Positions 37,273 through 49,682 of a DNA stretch of 64,000 bases are shown piece by piece. The stretch lies in NCBI GenBank assembly GCA_964106915.2, contig OZ066919.1; one strand, given 5' to 3'. The position numbers and the translations under genes are program-made. How positions within the stretch are numbered: the stretch's first letter is position 1; each line of letters begins with the position of its first letter. Under the pieces are notes generated by a model. It saw only the letters and a list, made by a program, of their open reading frames with translations. It was not told the origin of the DNA and did no database searches. The stretch comes from Podarcis gaigeae (Eukaryota).

Positions 37273-40200
37273 ATGTCTCTGCAACTTTTGAGTTGGAATA
37301 TAAATGGCTGTAACATCCCAGAAAAAAGGAAAAAAATTTTTCACATATTAAGAAAGGAACAATTGGACATTATTTGCCTACAAGAAACACATGTGACTAG
37401 GCTCCACAGAAAAGTGCTAATAAACAAGAGACTTGGTCAGGAATTTATATCTTCGGACAATGTCAAAAAAAGAGGTGTGGTGATTTATGCAAAAGAGAGC
37501 CTGTCACCTAAATTTCTGTTTAAAGATGAACATGGCAGAATCCTAGCAATAGAAATACAGTTCCAAGGCGAAAAAATTTTGATATTAGGAATTTATGCCC
37601 CAAACGAAGGAAAATCGGAATTTTACAAGAAATTGCATGAGACTATGCTGGACTATCTGGACTATGACAACATCATCATGATGGGAGATATGAATGGAGT
37701 TGCTTCAACAAACATGGATAAGTCACAGAATCAAAATGTTACTAAAAACGGAAGATTACCAAAGACTTTCTTTGAAATGACAGACAATATGGACTGGATT
37801 GACATTTGGAGAGTGAGAAACCCCTTGGGAAGGGAAGGAACATTTTTCTCTGAGGCCCAGATGACATGGACAAGAATCGACCAAATATGGATAACTAGAG
37901 GCCTGGCTCCAAAGATTAGAAAGGTGGAAATATGCCCAAGGACATGCTCTGACCATAATGCCCTGAGAATGGATATGATATTGACTTCAACAGGTTCCTT
38001 CAGATGGAAGATGAATGATGGCCTGTTTAGAGACCAAGAGATTATCAAGAAGGCCCAAAAAGCACTAAAGGACTATTTTGAGATTAATATGAATACTACA
38101 ATTGAAAAAAGAACTATCTGGGACGCGAGCAAGGCTGTAATGAGGGGGTTGCTGATACAACAGAATACGATAAAGAAAAGAAAGCAAAACGAAAAGAAAG
38201 ATAAAATTTTGGAAAGAATTAAGGAATTAGAGAAGAAGTTAAGATCTAATCCAAAATCCCAGCCGATTCTAAGAGAAATCAAACTTCATCAAGCACAATA
38301 TTCAACATTGATAAACCAGGAAATAGAATGGAAAATTAAGTTAATGAGACAAAAAACTTTTGAATCGGCAGATAAATGTGGAAAACTGCTAGCCTGGCAG
38401 TTGAAGAGGCGACAAAAGTTAAATACAGTGACAAATTTAGAGATAGAAGGAAGGAATATCCAGAACCCCGGAGAGATTAGAAAGTGCTTCCAGAGATACT
38501 TTAAAAAATTATATACCCAAGGGCCACAAGACGAAACCGAGATTAAACGATTCTTGGCATCAAATGGACTAGCAAAACTCTCAGAAGAAAATAGAACAAT
38601 TTTAAACGGCAAGATAACACGACAGGAGATTGAGCAGGCCATCCAGAATATGAAACAGGGCAAATCGCCAGGACCTGACGGGCTGACCTCCAAGTATTAT
38701 AAGACATTGAAAGACTATTTGATACAACCACTAATGGAGGTCAGCAATGAAATTATGGAGGGAAAGAAGGCGCCGGAATCGTGGAAGGAGGCTTTTATCA
38801 CATTGATACCAAAATTGGAAACTGAAAAGAACCAACTCAAGAACTACCGCCCCATCTCCCTTTTGAATGTGGATTACAAAATATTTGCAGATGTTTTGGC
38901 AAGTAGATTCAAGAGGGTTTTAAACAAAGTAATTCATAAGGACCAGGCAGGCTTTCTCCCAGGTAGACATATGTATGCCAACACTAGGAATATTATAGAC
39001 ATATTGGAACTCTTACAAACAAACATAAATACAAGAGCAGTTTTAATCTTCATAGATGCGGAGAAGGCCTTTGACAACATTTCCTGGAAGTTTATGAAGG
39101 GGAATTTAAAAGAAATGGGAGTGGGGCGGGGGTTTGAAAATGGGATTGATGCAATATATTCAGAACAGAAAGCAAAATTGATAGTTAACAATGTGGTTAC
39201 AGAAGAGTTTAAAATTGAGAAAGGGACACGACAAGGCTGCCCGATCTCCCCGTTACTGTTTATTTCAGTCCTGGAAGTGCTCCTGAACATGATTAGAGGG
39301 GACCAGCGGGTGGAAGGGATTCAGGTCGGAATGAAACAATACAAGCTTAAAGCCTTTGCAGATGATCTAGTTTTAACACTACAGGAGCCAGAATCTAGTA
39401 CGAAAAGAGTTTTACAACTGATTCATGACTTTGGTCGAGTGGCTGGATTTAAACTAAACAAGCAAAAAACTAAGGTGTTGGGGAAAAACCTGACGGACAC
39501 TGAGTCGGAACGGTTTCAGAGAGAGACAGAGTTGACTGTGGTTAAGAAAGTGAAATACCTAGGGGTAAACATTACAGCTAAAAATTTGAGTCTGTTTAAA
39601 GACAATTATGAAAAATGCTGGTCTGAAATTAAGAGGGACTTGGATAGCTGGTCAAAACTAAAACTTTCCTTGTTAGGACGAATAGCTGCCATCAAGATGA
39701 ATGTATTGCCAAAAATGTTGTTTTTATTTCAGACACTGCAGATTGTTGACAAAACGGAGTGCTTCCGGAAGTGGCAAAAAGATATCTCCAAATTTGTCTG
39801 GCAGGGCAAAAAGCCCAGAATTAAGTATAAGATATTAACAGACGCAAAAGAAAGAGGGGGCTTTGCCCTGCCAGACTTAAAACTGTACTATGAAGCCGCA
39901 GCTTTCTGCTGGCTAAAAGATTGGCTACTTCTTGAGGACACGGACGTGTTAGATTTGGAAGGTTTTAACAACGCATTTGGGTGGCATGCATACCTATGGT
40001 ACGACAAGGCTAAGATTTATAAGGTTTTCAAGAACCATATTGTCAGAAAAGCAATATTTAATGTTTGGACTAAATACAAAGACTTACTAGAGAACAAAAC
40101 ACCGAGGTGGCTGTCCCCTCTGGAGGCTAAGGCCTTAAAAAGACCCAATATGGAGGCCAGATGGCCGAAATATTGGGAAATAACAGAAAAAGATGGAAAT

Positions 40201-41013
40201 AATTGGAAACTGCAGAGTTTGGAAAAAATGAAAGGTAAAGTGCGAGACTGGCTACATTATGCTCAGATTCAAGAAATTTTCAAGAATGATAAAAAGTTAG
40301 GATTCCAGGTGGAGAAATCGAAATTGGAAACAGAACTGTTAGAACCTAAGACGAAGGTATTGTCAAAAATGTATAACTTGCTGCTGAAATGGAATACACA
40401 AGACGAAACGGTGAAATCGGCTATGATAAAGTGGGCACAGGATGTTGGGCATAATATTATGTTTGAGGACTGGGAAAGGTTGTGGACCACCGGGCTGAAC
40501 TTCACTGCATGTAATGCACTGAAGGAAAATGTAATGAAAATGATATATAGGTGGTACATGACCCCAGTGAAACTGGCCAAAATATACCATTCGTCTGAGA
40601 ATAAATGTTGGAAATGTAAGGAAAATGAAGGAACATTCTTTCACCTCTGGTGGACTTGCCCTAAAGTGAAGGCCTTTTGGGAAATGATATACAATGAGTT
40701 AAAAAAGGTGTTTAAGTATACCTTTATCAAGAAACCAGAGGCCTTCCTTCTGGGTATGGTCGGCCAGTATGTGTTAAAGAAAGATAGAACATTTTTCATG
40801 TATGCTACAACGGCGGCAAGGATACTCATCGCTAAGAATTGGAAAACCCAAGATCTACCCACGCTGGAAGAATGGCAGATGCAGCTGATGGACTATATGC
40901 AACTAGCCGAGATGACAGGCAGAATCCGCGACCAGGGAGAAGAAAGGAGTGAAGAAGACTGGAAGAAATTTAAGATTTACTTACAAAAGCATTGTAATTT
41001 GGTTGAATGCTAA
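37273..41013 (+). CDS. L1 ORF2p (1246 aa; APE endonuclease + reverse transcriptase + CCHC knuckle)
   Basis: Endonuclease motifs: SWNING, CLQETH, YAPN, GDMN, RIDQI, SDH. RT motifs: YRPISLLNVDYKI, QAGF, DAEKAFD, GTRQGCPISP, FADD, YLG. C-terminal knuckle: CWKCKENEGTFFHLWWTC. Confidence 0.97.
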   Translation: MSLQLLSWNINGCNIPEKRKKIFHILRKEQLDIICLQETHVTRLHRKVLINKRLGQEFISSDNVKKRGVVIYAKESLSPKFLFKDEHGRILAIEIQFQGEKILILGIYAPNEGKSEFYKKLHETMLDYLDYDNIIMMGDMNGVASTNMDKSQNQNVTKNGRLPKTFFEMTDNMDWIDIWRVRNPLGREGTFFSEAQMTWTRIDQIWITRGLAPKIRKVEICPRTCSDHNALRMDMILTSTGSFRWKMNDGLFRDQEIIKKAQKALKDYFEINMNTTIEKRTIWDASKAVMRGLLIQQNTIKKRKQNEKKDKILERIKELEKKLRSNPKSQPILREIKLHQAQYSTLINQEIEWKIKLMRQKTFESADKCGKLLAWQLKRRQKLNTVTNLEIEGRNIQNPGEIRKCFQRYFKKLYTQGPQDETEIKRFLASNGLAKLSEENRTILNGKITRQEIEQAIQNMKQGKSPGPDGLTSKYYKTLKDYLIQPLMEVSNEIMEGKKAPESWKEAFITLIPKLETEKNQLKNYRPISLLNVDYKIFADVLASRFKRVLNKVIHKDQAGFLPGRHMYANTRNIIDILELLQTNINTRAVLIFIDAEKAFDNISWKFMKGNLKEMGVGRGFENGIDAIYSEQKAKLIVNNVVTEEFKIEKGTRQGCPISPLLFISVLEVLLNMIRGDQRVEGIQVGMKQYKLKAFADDLVLTLQEPESSTKRVLQLIHDFGRVAGFKLNKQKTKVLGKNLTDTESERFQRETELTVVKKVKYLGVNITAKNLSLFKDNYEKCWSEIKRDLDSWSKLKLSLLGRIAAIKMNVLPKMLFLFQTLQIVDKTECFRKWQKDISKFVWQGKKPRIKYKILTDAKERGGFALPDLKLYYEAAAFCWLKDWLLLEDTDVLDLEGFNNAFGWHAYLWYDKAKIYKVFKNHIVRKAIFNVWTKYKDLLENKTPRWLSPLEAKALKRPNMEARWPKYWEITEKDGNNWKLQSLEKMKGKVRDWLHYAQIQEIFKNDKKLGFQVEKSKLETELLEPKTKVLSKMYNLLLKWNTQDETVKSAMIKWAQDVGHNIMFEDWERLWTTGLNFTACNALKENVMKMIYRWYMTPVKLAKIYHSSENKCWKCKENEGTFFHLWWTCPKVKAFWEMIYNELKKVFKYTFIKKPEAFLLGMVGQYVLKKDRTFFMYATTAARILIAKNWKTQDLPTLEEWQMQLMDYMQLAEMTGRIRDQGEERSEEDWKKFKIYLQKHCNLVEC

Positions 41014-41380
41014 CAAGGTTGCCAGATCAAAGATAATTGTCTATCACTAAATCATATTTTATAAGTTATATTTTGAGTTTAAACAAAATTATTGAGTTTG
41101 TGAACATTTAATAATTTGTTTTGAAAAATTTTATTTTTAAATGTGCAAGTGGAAGCGGGAGGCGTGAGGGAGTCTATGACAGAATGAAAAGATGTTAACA
41201 AAGGTATCATTTGTTAAATATGTATTATTATGGAAAACTTAATAAAAAATATTTATAAAAAAAAAAAGGAAAAGAGAAGACGACCAGCACAGAGAGCAGG
41301 TATCAAGATGCCCGTTGCACAACTTCTCACTGTAGAAAAAGCACTCAGTCCAGGAATACAGAAATCAAGGGAAGTATAAC

Positions 41381-41558
41381 CAGTGCTTTCTTTCTGGAGG
41401 GACACAGGGGTACACATACCCCTAAACATTTTGTGAATCTTTGTACCTTTGTCCATTTACTGTATTAATTTTTCCCAATTTGAAGTATAAAATGGTGATT
41501 TTCTTGAGTCAAAATGAGAGTACCCCTAAATATATATATATTTAGAAAAAAACCACTT
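41381..41558. mobile_element. Short TIR element (hAT-like)
   Basis: CAGTGCTTTCTTTCT...AGAAAAAAACCACT termini, with two internal tacccctaaa copies. Confidence 0.6.
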
Positions 41559-41814
41559 TGAATACTCCCTCACATTAAACGAACTTGCCTACAATGTTCT
41601 GAGAAATAAGTCTAGCCATCTCTTTCTGATGTTAGTTTTGTATGGTTTCGATTGTTGTTTTTAACATGGGGAAATTTCATTCATGTGATTCTTCCACACC
41701 TAAATCTTGAAGTGGTAACAGACCACGGAACACTATATGACAATCCTTTTCTGGATGTACAGATTGGCTTTGAATCAAAAAGACAATAATATTTTATTTT
41801 TAAAATTCATTTTC

Positions 41815-41915
41815 TTACATTTATATCCTGCTGTTCCCTCATCCCAGAATCCAAAGTGGCATACATTTGGTTGCTAAGCACTGACCAGGCCTGCTTAGCT
41901 TTAGTAACTGCAGAT
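41815..41915 (-). mobile_element. Second, deleted copy of the 5S-derived SINE
   Basis: The reverse complement reads ttactaaagctaagcaggcctggtcagtgctt...ggatataaatg, sharing the ttact-aagctaagcagg start and gatataaatg end with 17965-18101. Confidence 0.55.
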
Positions 41916-42510
41916 CTTGCATGCCTTTAAACATGCCCTGGAACGATGGACCTTCTGTGTATATTGAGAAATGATTCCACCATGCCCGCTTCTTGAATTC
42001 AAATAGTGTTGGAGCGATTTGTGGTAACAGGCCCATTTGTGGTGCTGCCTCAGCACCAACCATTGCACTAATCTGCCTTAAGAGCCCAGCTCCACGTATA
42101 ACTCCTAAGTGAGGGGGGAGAAAGGGGAAGATCTATTGCATGACTTTGCCTTCTGTTTGCACAATATTTGATATGGCCAGAAAGAACCTAAGCCATTAAC
42201 CACAAATTTAGTGCAATCTTTTTGTGTGTGTTTTCATGATTGCTAGCAGTGTTGCTATTGAATATCAATTTAACCCTCAACAATTATATATTTGCTGATA
42301 TCCAAATTAACAGCTCAGGGTGGAATCCACACACACATTAAGAACGCTATGAAAATGCTTTTTTAAAAAAGGTTTTGAAAAAGACATTGAATTTGGCATA
42401 ACTCACTGTCGCTATCTAGTATCACATTTGTATATTGCACTTTACAACACATTTAAAATGTTTTATTTTCAGCTGTATAGCTGAGTACAAGGTGTCTGTT
42501 GGGGGAGAAA

Positions 42511-42511
<1 letters not shown>

Positions 42512-42542
<31 letters not shown>
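42512..42542. repeat. (TG)n microsatellite
   Basis: Visible tandem repeat. Confidence 0.95.
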
Positions 42543-42544
<2 letters not shown>

Positions 42545-44492
42545 ACTAGTGCTCTTGCTGGTCCCCCCTCCCTTTTAATAATAATTAATTGCTCTGGAAG
42601 GAAAACAAGTGACCACTGCCTAGATTTCTGGACATTTCAGATGTCTGGTTCAAGCTAAAAATAAAGGATTGCCTGCCTGAGACACCACCTGCAATTCTTT
42701 GACAGATCATCGAGTAAAGAAAAAGAAACTCCACAGCAAGTCGTCAGAGTTAGCCATCAAAGAAATAACATAGAGCAGAAAAGCCTAGGGGTAATGATTA
42801 CTCCAATCTGTATTTCACAACCATTGGGGAAGTATTCTTTTTATTGCACGGGTCAGAAATTCATTGATGTTTTCTGTTTGAAACGTAACAGTGGATGAAG
42901 GCAATTAAAATAATTCCTTTGAACATATTTTCAAATTTCCCATAATTATTCAGTGTGACTGCCTGGAACTCGTGCTGAAAAATGCATCTACAGTATTCTT
43001 ATGCCTTAGAGCAGCAGAAACATTATGTGTTTGCTGGCATTCTGATTGACTTGTAAAGCTTGCCACTTGAATAGAAAGCTATATGTTCTATGTGACAACA
43101 GCAGTGTTATGCCATCAGTATCTTCTTAGCTTCAAGCAGGAGCCAAGCCGTATCTCTTGTCCTACTCAGCTTATGCAACTGATCAGCTCAATATCTCCAT
43201 GGAAGCAGAAGACAGCCCACCTTGACAGACTGCTGTCTTAAAATGACATGCTCTACATGATAACACAACATAGTCTGTGGACAGAAATGTGAATGGTGGA
43301 ACGGTGAAGGCCTTTTAGATTTTTACTGTGGCTTTTAACTTTCTTTCACACTTCTCATGAGGAATATTGGACAGTTTCAGAAGATTCATTCTTTTTTTAA
43401 AAAAAAATGGGGCTCTTGATTTATGCAGCTTACAAGCAGTGAAATACAAAGGGCTGTGTGTCTTTTATACAGCAATAGGACTTTTCTGCAAGCACAAAAC
43501 GGAGGCTATGGTGCAAAATGTGGCAATTGAATAAACATTGTTTTTTAAAAAATAACGTTTTTGTAATCCTTATAGCAACCTGGAAAGGTCTCAAAAATAT
43601 GAAAAAATGACAAAAGCTGTCAGTCAGTGTAGACAACATTGAGCAATATAGCACAATGGTATCACTCCATATAAGGCAGCTTCCTATGTTCCTATGACAA
43701 CAGACAGTGAAATAGTATAGCGTTTACCATGAACTATTATCTCTTTCCCCAGGCAACTGATTTTTTACCCCACAATCCAACTAGTCAGTTATATCCACTC
43801 TTTCTTAAACTTCAATTCATTTCCATTTGAGGGGGGAGTAGGGGAATGCCAAATTTCTGGAACGGCTTTAGATTAAAGATAATAAATCGTGCAAAACAAT
43901 AAAAATGCATATCTTCCTGATTATTTGAATGACAATATTTATGCAATTTGCGTGAACTACAGCATTTTATTATTGCAGGGTTTTGTTTCAAATGCTGTGT
44001 TCAATGTACATACAGTCCTTCTCGTAAATTAATCAGGGCAATATTGTACACAGGGAGTCCAGCTGACAATGGACATTACTGCATCAAAAAAGCAGTAAGT
44101 GGAACTGCTCTATAGAGTTACAGCTGCATTTTATTCCACAGTTTCACTAGGGAGGGTATCTTCCTAGCAGAAGTTGTTTGCATCACTTCTAAATTGCTCA
44201 AGAAGGAAAATTGCATCAGCTCACCCATAAAGGTGAATCAGGCTGCAATCCTATGCACATACATTTAAGAGTAAATTACACTGAACAAACATGAATAGGA
44301 TTGCATTGTTAGCTTGAAAGATTTGCATGTATAGTACAAGAACTGGTCAATTTCGATGCAGTGTATAGTCATTCATTCGGCCTTTATTGGCATAATGTGT
44401 AAAGTACATGAGTAGACTAGGAGAAGTGTGGGGAGAAAAGTATTATTTTGTCCCTTTGTGTATGTACTATTGCATGCATGGGGATTAGCAAC

Positions 44493-44827
44493 TAAACCAC
44501 AGAGCCTAGGGCTTGCCAATCAGAAAGTCGGCGGTTCGGATCCCCACGACGGGGTGAGCTCCCATTGCTCGGTCCCAGCTCCTGCCAACCAGCAGTTTGA
44601 AAGCACGTCAGAGCGCAAGTAGATATAGAGGTACCGCTCTGGCAGGAGGGTAAACGACATTTCCATGCACTGCTCTGGTTCACCAGAAGCAGCTTAGTCA
44701 TGCTGGCCACATGACCCGGAAGCTGTCTGCAGACAAACGCCGGCTCCCTCGGCTTATAGAGTGAGATGAGTGCCGCAACCCCAGAGTCATTTGTGACTGG
44801 ACCTAATGGTCAGGGGTACCTTTACCT
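44493..44827 (+). mobile_element. Sauria SINE, slightly 5'-truncated
   Basis: Same core as the other copies; ends ggtcaggggtacctttacc. Confidence 0.9.
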
Positions 44828-47637
44828 AGTTCCCTAACACTGGGCAAGCTCCACTCAAGATATGCCCATGCTGTGGCTGAGAACATAAAGGATATTTTCA
44901 CACAACTGGTAGAGAGTCAGACAGAAAAGGCAGATTATGTTCAGTAGGCAATTTGCAAGCATATAGTAGGATGATTAACAAGTGGCAGATTTCAATCTGC
45001 ATACATTTCATATTAGGCTTTCATTAATGTTAAATAGTGTACAACAACTGCATAGTTCCAATAATTGTACCAAAATTGTTTGGGCTATTTGTTCATTAGA
45101 TAATACTGTGAAAGGGAACTCAACATTTCTGGGGTGGGGGAAGGATTTCATTTGTTCACTGTTTTGGATCTTGTACTGCAATTTATTCCAGAAATCCAAG
45201 CTGGCTTCTTACCAGTCTCTATTTTTTTTTTTTAAAAAAAAAACCACCCTCGTTCCAATGGAACATGCCTTCCAAAAGATTAAAGCAAGAATGATATGTC
45301 TCGACAGCAAAAGCCACAACACACACCACAGTCCCCTAATTTCTTCCACAGTAGGTTTAAGAGTACATATATAATTATGTTCAAGCAACTGGTACAGTAT
45401 GTCTGAATTCAAAGTGAAATGAGCATTATAGATAATATTATGCAAACTGCCATAGCAACAGCAACACAGACTTCTAAGAAATGCTAATATGTTAAGCTGC
45501 TCTGCAAAAAAATAAAAAATCCTCCCCCCCAAAACAACCACCCAAAAGTATCCAAGAAAAATAAATAATTAAACCCAAACATTTTCTGTTGAAAGACTTC
45601 TGATTCTTGTCTGTGAAAATAAGGTTATAGTGAAGTCTGCACAAGGTGACTTTTATCCCTCATTTTCATGCGGCAAAGTTTTGATGCCCTCCCCCAACCA
45701 CCTCCATGTGGTGATACTGAGATTTACCATGTCCTGTGAAGCTTAAACTAAAGTTCTGCTGGCATGAAGATCTCAGGTCTACAGGGCATATACAGGGGGC
45801 GGGATGTTACACCCACACACAAACACAGATCCACAAACATGCAACGGAGCTGCTGTGGATCCATTTTTATTCTTTACTCAAAATACTATACAGAAGAACT
45901 AAGAAAAAGTCACATTAGAATAGTTTGGGTTGGGGGTTTTGCTGCTGCAGTTGCTTGCATAGAGATTTTCTTAAATTTTATAGGGACGGAGGTGGCAGTG
46001 GATTTTGTCCATTTAATGGCAGTAGGTGTTTAGGGGATACTTCAGGTGCCATGTTTTACTGATGAGACAGTTGTGTTTTATTGGCTAATAAAGATTTTCT
46101 CTTCTTGTTTTAAATAGTTAGGGATATTTCTTTTTCATTACTTTTCTCTGGCTATGAACATTTCTAAGGTGGGGTTTTTTTAAATATAATGTTTATTACT
46201 TTATTTTAGGAAACATACATTTTTTTTTTTGAGTTTGTGGGGGAGAGGTAGGCTATATACCGAGTTCCTTCTAATTCCTGAAATAGCCTGGCTAGCTTCA
46301 TGGTGAGGTAATGGGTTGTTAAGGTAAAAAAAGGAAGCAGATCTGAGTCAGATGACAAATAGGTGGGCTCCACTCTCTCAACTCACTGGTAGTTGGAAAG
46401 ACAAAGCCCAGTTGACTTGTGTGAGCTAAAGGGTAGAGGTTGGAAGCAAGGCAGCAGGCTGGAAAGGCAGAGAGTCAGAGCCATGCCGGATTTCTGCTGG
46501 AATCCAAGGTCCCCTTAGGTTGTTAATGCTGGGAACCCCTCCATCATAGGCTGAGGTTGTATACATGTGTGAATGGACCAGACATCATAAAGACACCACA
46601 ATCTCCGATGCACCTCATTCCAAAAGAACTCGAACCCTGAGTAAGTGCCTGGAACCTCTGGGATCTCACCCTGCTTGGGCATTGGGGTGGTGCACAACAA
46701 TATATACTGTATTTCTGAGTGAGGTTGCATGTCCAACTCAACTATAGGGCACAGAATTTAAAACACAATTGAATGTGAGAACACAGTTTTTCCGCAGAAT
46801 TCCTATTGACTTAGATGATAACAAAACAAGATTCTGTGCTGTTACATAAGAGCATAAGAACAAGGCTACTGGATCGGGCCAAATAATCCATCTAGCCCAG
46901 CATCTTGTTCTCATAGTGGACAAGAGATGCCACAAAATTATTCTACATCTGGTAACCAATTATTTTCAGCCACAGAAGCAAAACATTCTGCAGAGGTGGT
47001 ACATCTCCAGGACATACATAGTTTGGACAAAGTTGAAGGAAGAGCAAAGGCCTCAGGCAATGTCAAGGACAGGATGACACCAGCTTGTTTCAGTTCACTA
47101 TGAAATGTAAAGTATAAGTTACAAATCGCACACACACACAAAATATCTTATTTATTTAAAAAACTAAACCAGAAAGACACCATCAAATATAACTGAACCT
47201 CATAAAAATACTTTTACAGTTGAGGTGACTGAGGTAGGTTTTCCCCTTTTCACACTTTAAAAGAAGGTTCTCCATCCACTGTAGTATTGTTTTGACTTCC
47301 TTCCGGCCACATTGCTGTTCCTGTGCCAGATCACCAAAGAAACAAAGCCTAGCTCATATTTCCATGGTGAACTGGCACAGAAGCAGCAAGCTGATAGGAA
47401 GCCTGAACTTTGCAGAGAGATTCTCCTCCCCCTCCCCACAGCCTTCTGACTTCTTTCCAGCCACATTGGTGCCTGCCACTTACTTACAATTTTCAGAATG
47501 ATACTGCTGCTAGGAAGAGGAGAAATTAATAATTTTCTAATTTCACTATTTAAAAAAGCCCTTTGTCTACAAGACTGAAAAACTAGCGAAACTGCTGTAG
47601 GTAAAACCAACCAGCCAGTTTTCTGGTAAAATATTAA

Positions 47638-47999
47638 GGTAAAGGTAAAGGTACCCCTGCCCATACGGGCCAGTCTTGCCAGACTCTAGGGTTGTGCGCT
47701 CATCTCACTCTATAGGCCGGGAGCCAGCGCTGTCCGCAGACACTTCCGGGTCACGTGGCCAGCGTGACAAGCTGAATCTGGCGAGCCAGCACAGCACACG
47801 GAATGCCGTTTACCTTCCCGCTAGTAAGCGGTCCCTATTTATCTACTTGCACCCGGGGGTGCTTTCGAACTGCTAGGTTGGCAGGCGCTGGGACCGAACG
47901 ACGGGATCGCACCCCGCCGCGGGGATTCGAACCGCTGACCTTTCGATCGGCGAGTCCTAGGCGCTGAGGCTTTTACCCACAGCGCCACCCGTGTCCCGA
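47638..47999 (-). mobile_element. Sauria SINE, CpG-rich (young), with 11-bp TSD
   Basis: Reverse-complement copy with a (aaggt)n tail at its left end. TSD TAAAATATTAA at 47627-47637 and 48000-48010. Confidence 0.92.
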
Positions 48000-48104
48000 T
48001 AAAATATTAAAATCTAGTTAATACATGACTCAACAGGGGTTAAGATTATCATCTACAAATCAGCATTTGCTTTATAAAATATAATAGAAAATATCAGGTG
48101 CTGG

Positions 48105-48545
48105 TGTGGTTTCTCGAGAGCAAACAGGTAAGACTCCGACCTGTTTTTTCCAGCTTTATTATTAGTGCAAACTATTTACAGTGAAGAGCGTCGCAAGTTC
48201 ATGTCTGGCTCAGTCGCTAGCAGAATCTGGGAGTGGGCGGTCCTTGTACCTCCCCCAGCATAACAGTCGCGTGACCCCCAACCTTCTCCTCCCTCCCCTT
48301 CCCTGTGCCTAAACCTACTGCGCAGAATGGGCGCTGGAAAAGGGGTACTGCCCTCCTCTCCAGTTTGCTCAGGCTGGGTGTTGAGGCTCTCCCTAGCATC
48401 CCCTGGTCCCACCACCTCCTCTCCACTGGAGGTGGGGCTTCCCTCCTCGCCAGAGGAGGAACTGCTTCACAAGATTTTTCGAGGCTCCCTGTAACACAAC
48501 TGCCCTTCCACCTCTTGCCTCTGAGCTGATGGCAGTTGCCTGAGA
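48105..48545 (-). mobile_element. LTR-like element related to 30088-30517
   Basis: Shares gcagaatc..gagtgggcg and the end atggcagtt(g/c)cctga. It starts TGTGG and has a minus-strand AATAAA near 48155. No clear TSD. Confidence 0.55.
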
Positions 48546-48662
48546 GAAAATGATAAAAAAAACCACTGGGAAAATAAAACGGTATTAAGTCTTATCTGTC
48601 TTAACTCAGTTTGGAATAGTATTCTCACATGGAGAAACTAGCAACTTCACAATGCTTCTAAA

Positions 48663-48667
<5 letters not shown>

Positions 48668-48703
<36 letters not shown>
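48668..48703. repeat. (CT)n microsatellite
   Basis: Visible tandem repeat. Confidence 0.95.
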
Positions 48704-48706
<3 letters not shown>

Positions 48707-49682
48707 ACACCCCACACACTTACCATGTTTTCTAAGGTCACCATTAAAAGAGCATATGACACATTTATTTTTCGAGAAAACATAATTTATGCAATAAAAG
48801 TAGATGTAGGGAAGAATAATACTATTTATGCTACAAGAGCACTCACAGACCTTGTTTATGTCTCATTTAAAGCAATCCATCCACAAAACTTCAAATTTGA
48901 AAAGCAATTTAAAATGGATAATTTTTCTTGCATACATTTGGATGGCTAAGCAGCTGTTTACTACATGAAATGAATATTCAATATTTTAAAAAATATGCCT
49001 TGTGTTTCAGCAGTGTATCTTCTCATGCATTTTAACAATATTGTACAGTACAGAGCAAAATCTTGAAATGATAGGAAATTATCAACTGCATCTTAGTCCG
49101 GACATCTTTCCCCCCTTTTAAATTGGAAATAACAAAAAATCATGCAGAAATGGTATGGCCTATAAGGTTTTACTTCCTCATCTCCTGTTTGTCTAATTTA
49201 GGCCTAAAAGGGCCACTCCTGCTATTTTCCTCCTGCTGTTCTCTCTGCATTTGCTGGTCCTGTAGTTCCTGCAACCTCTGAAATATTTTTACTGTTACCG
49301 TGCACACACGTGGTGGTGTAGGCATACCGGCTCAGAATATGACCAGAAAGCCCTTGGTTTAAGTCTTCGTCTCTTACCTCAGCAACCTTATTTGTAATAT
49401 GGATACAATAATATCAAGTTTCCTTACAAAGTGATTGTGTAGCTATGTTTGCACATAACCCTAATCCATTGTTAACATAAACCAAGGTTTATAAACCAAC
49501 AACAAATCATGACTCATGAGTGTTGGTTTGTTAGTATCACTAAACCATGGTTAAGACACTGGACCAGGTTTGGATAATCAAACTAACCTATGGTTTATTA
49601 AACCATTGCATCATGTTATATGCTAACCAAGCCAATGTGGAGTATAATAATTCCAGATTCAGCAAGATCTAAACTGCAAGTA

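Larger units (their letters stand above)
36159..41266 (+). mobile_element. L1-clade LINE with both ORFs intact, antisense to NEGR1
   Basis: Contains ORF1 and ORF2, a 3' UTR with AATAAA (41241-41246) and an A-tail. It is flanked by a perfect 14-bp direct repeat AGGAAAAGAGAAGA at 36145-36158 and 41267-41280. Confidence 0.95.

Noticed and set aside
37731-40862. Several antisense ORFs within L1 ORF2
   Set aside because: They are low-complexity F/S/L/I-rich shadows of A-rich coding sequence, with no domain signal.
46060-46095. Other CTGATGA/CTGAAGA boxes as further hammerheads (also ~227, ~13494, ~54960)
   Set aside because: I found no convincing stem II plus GAAA box plus closing stem I at any of them.
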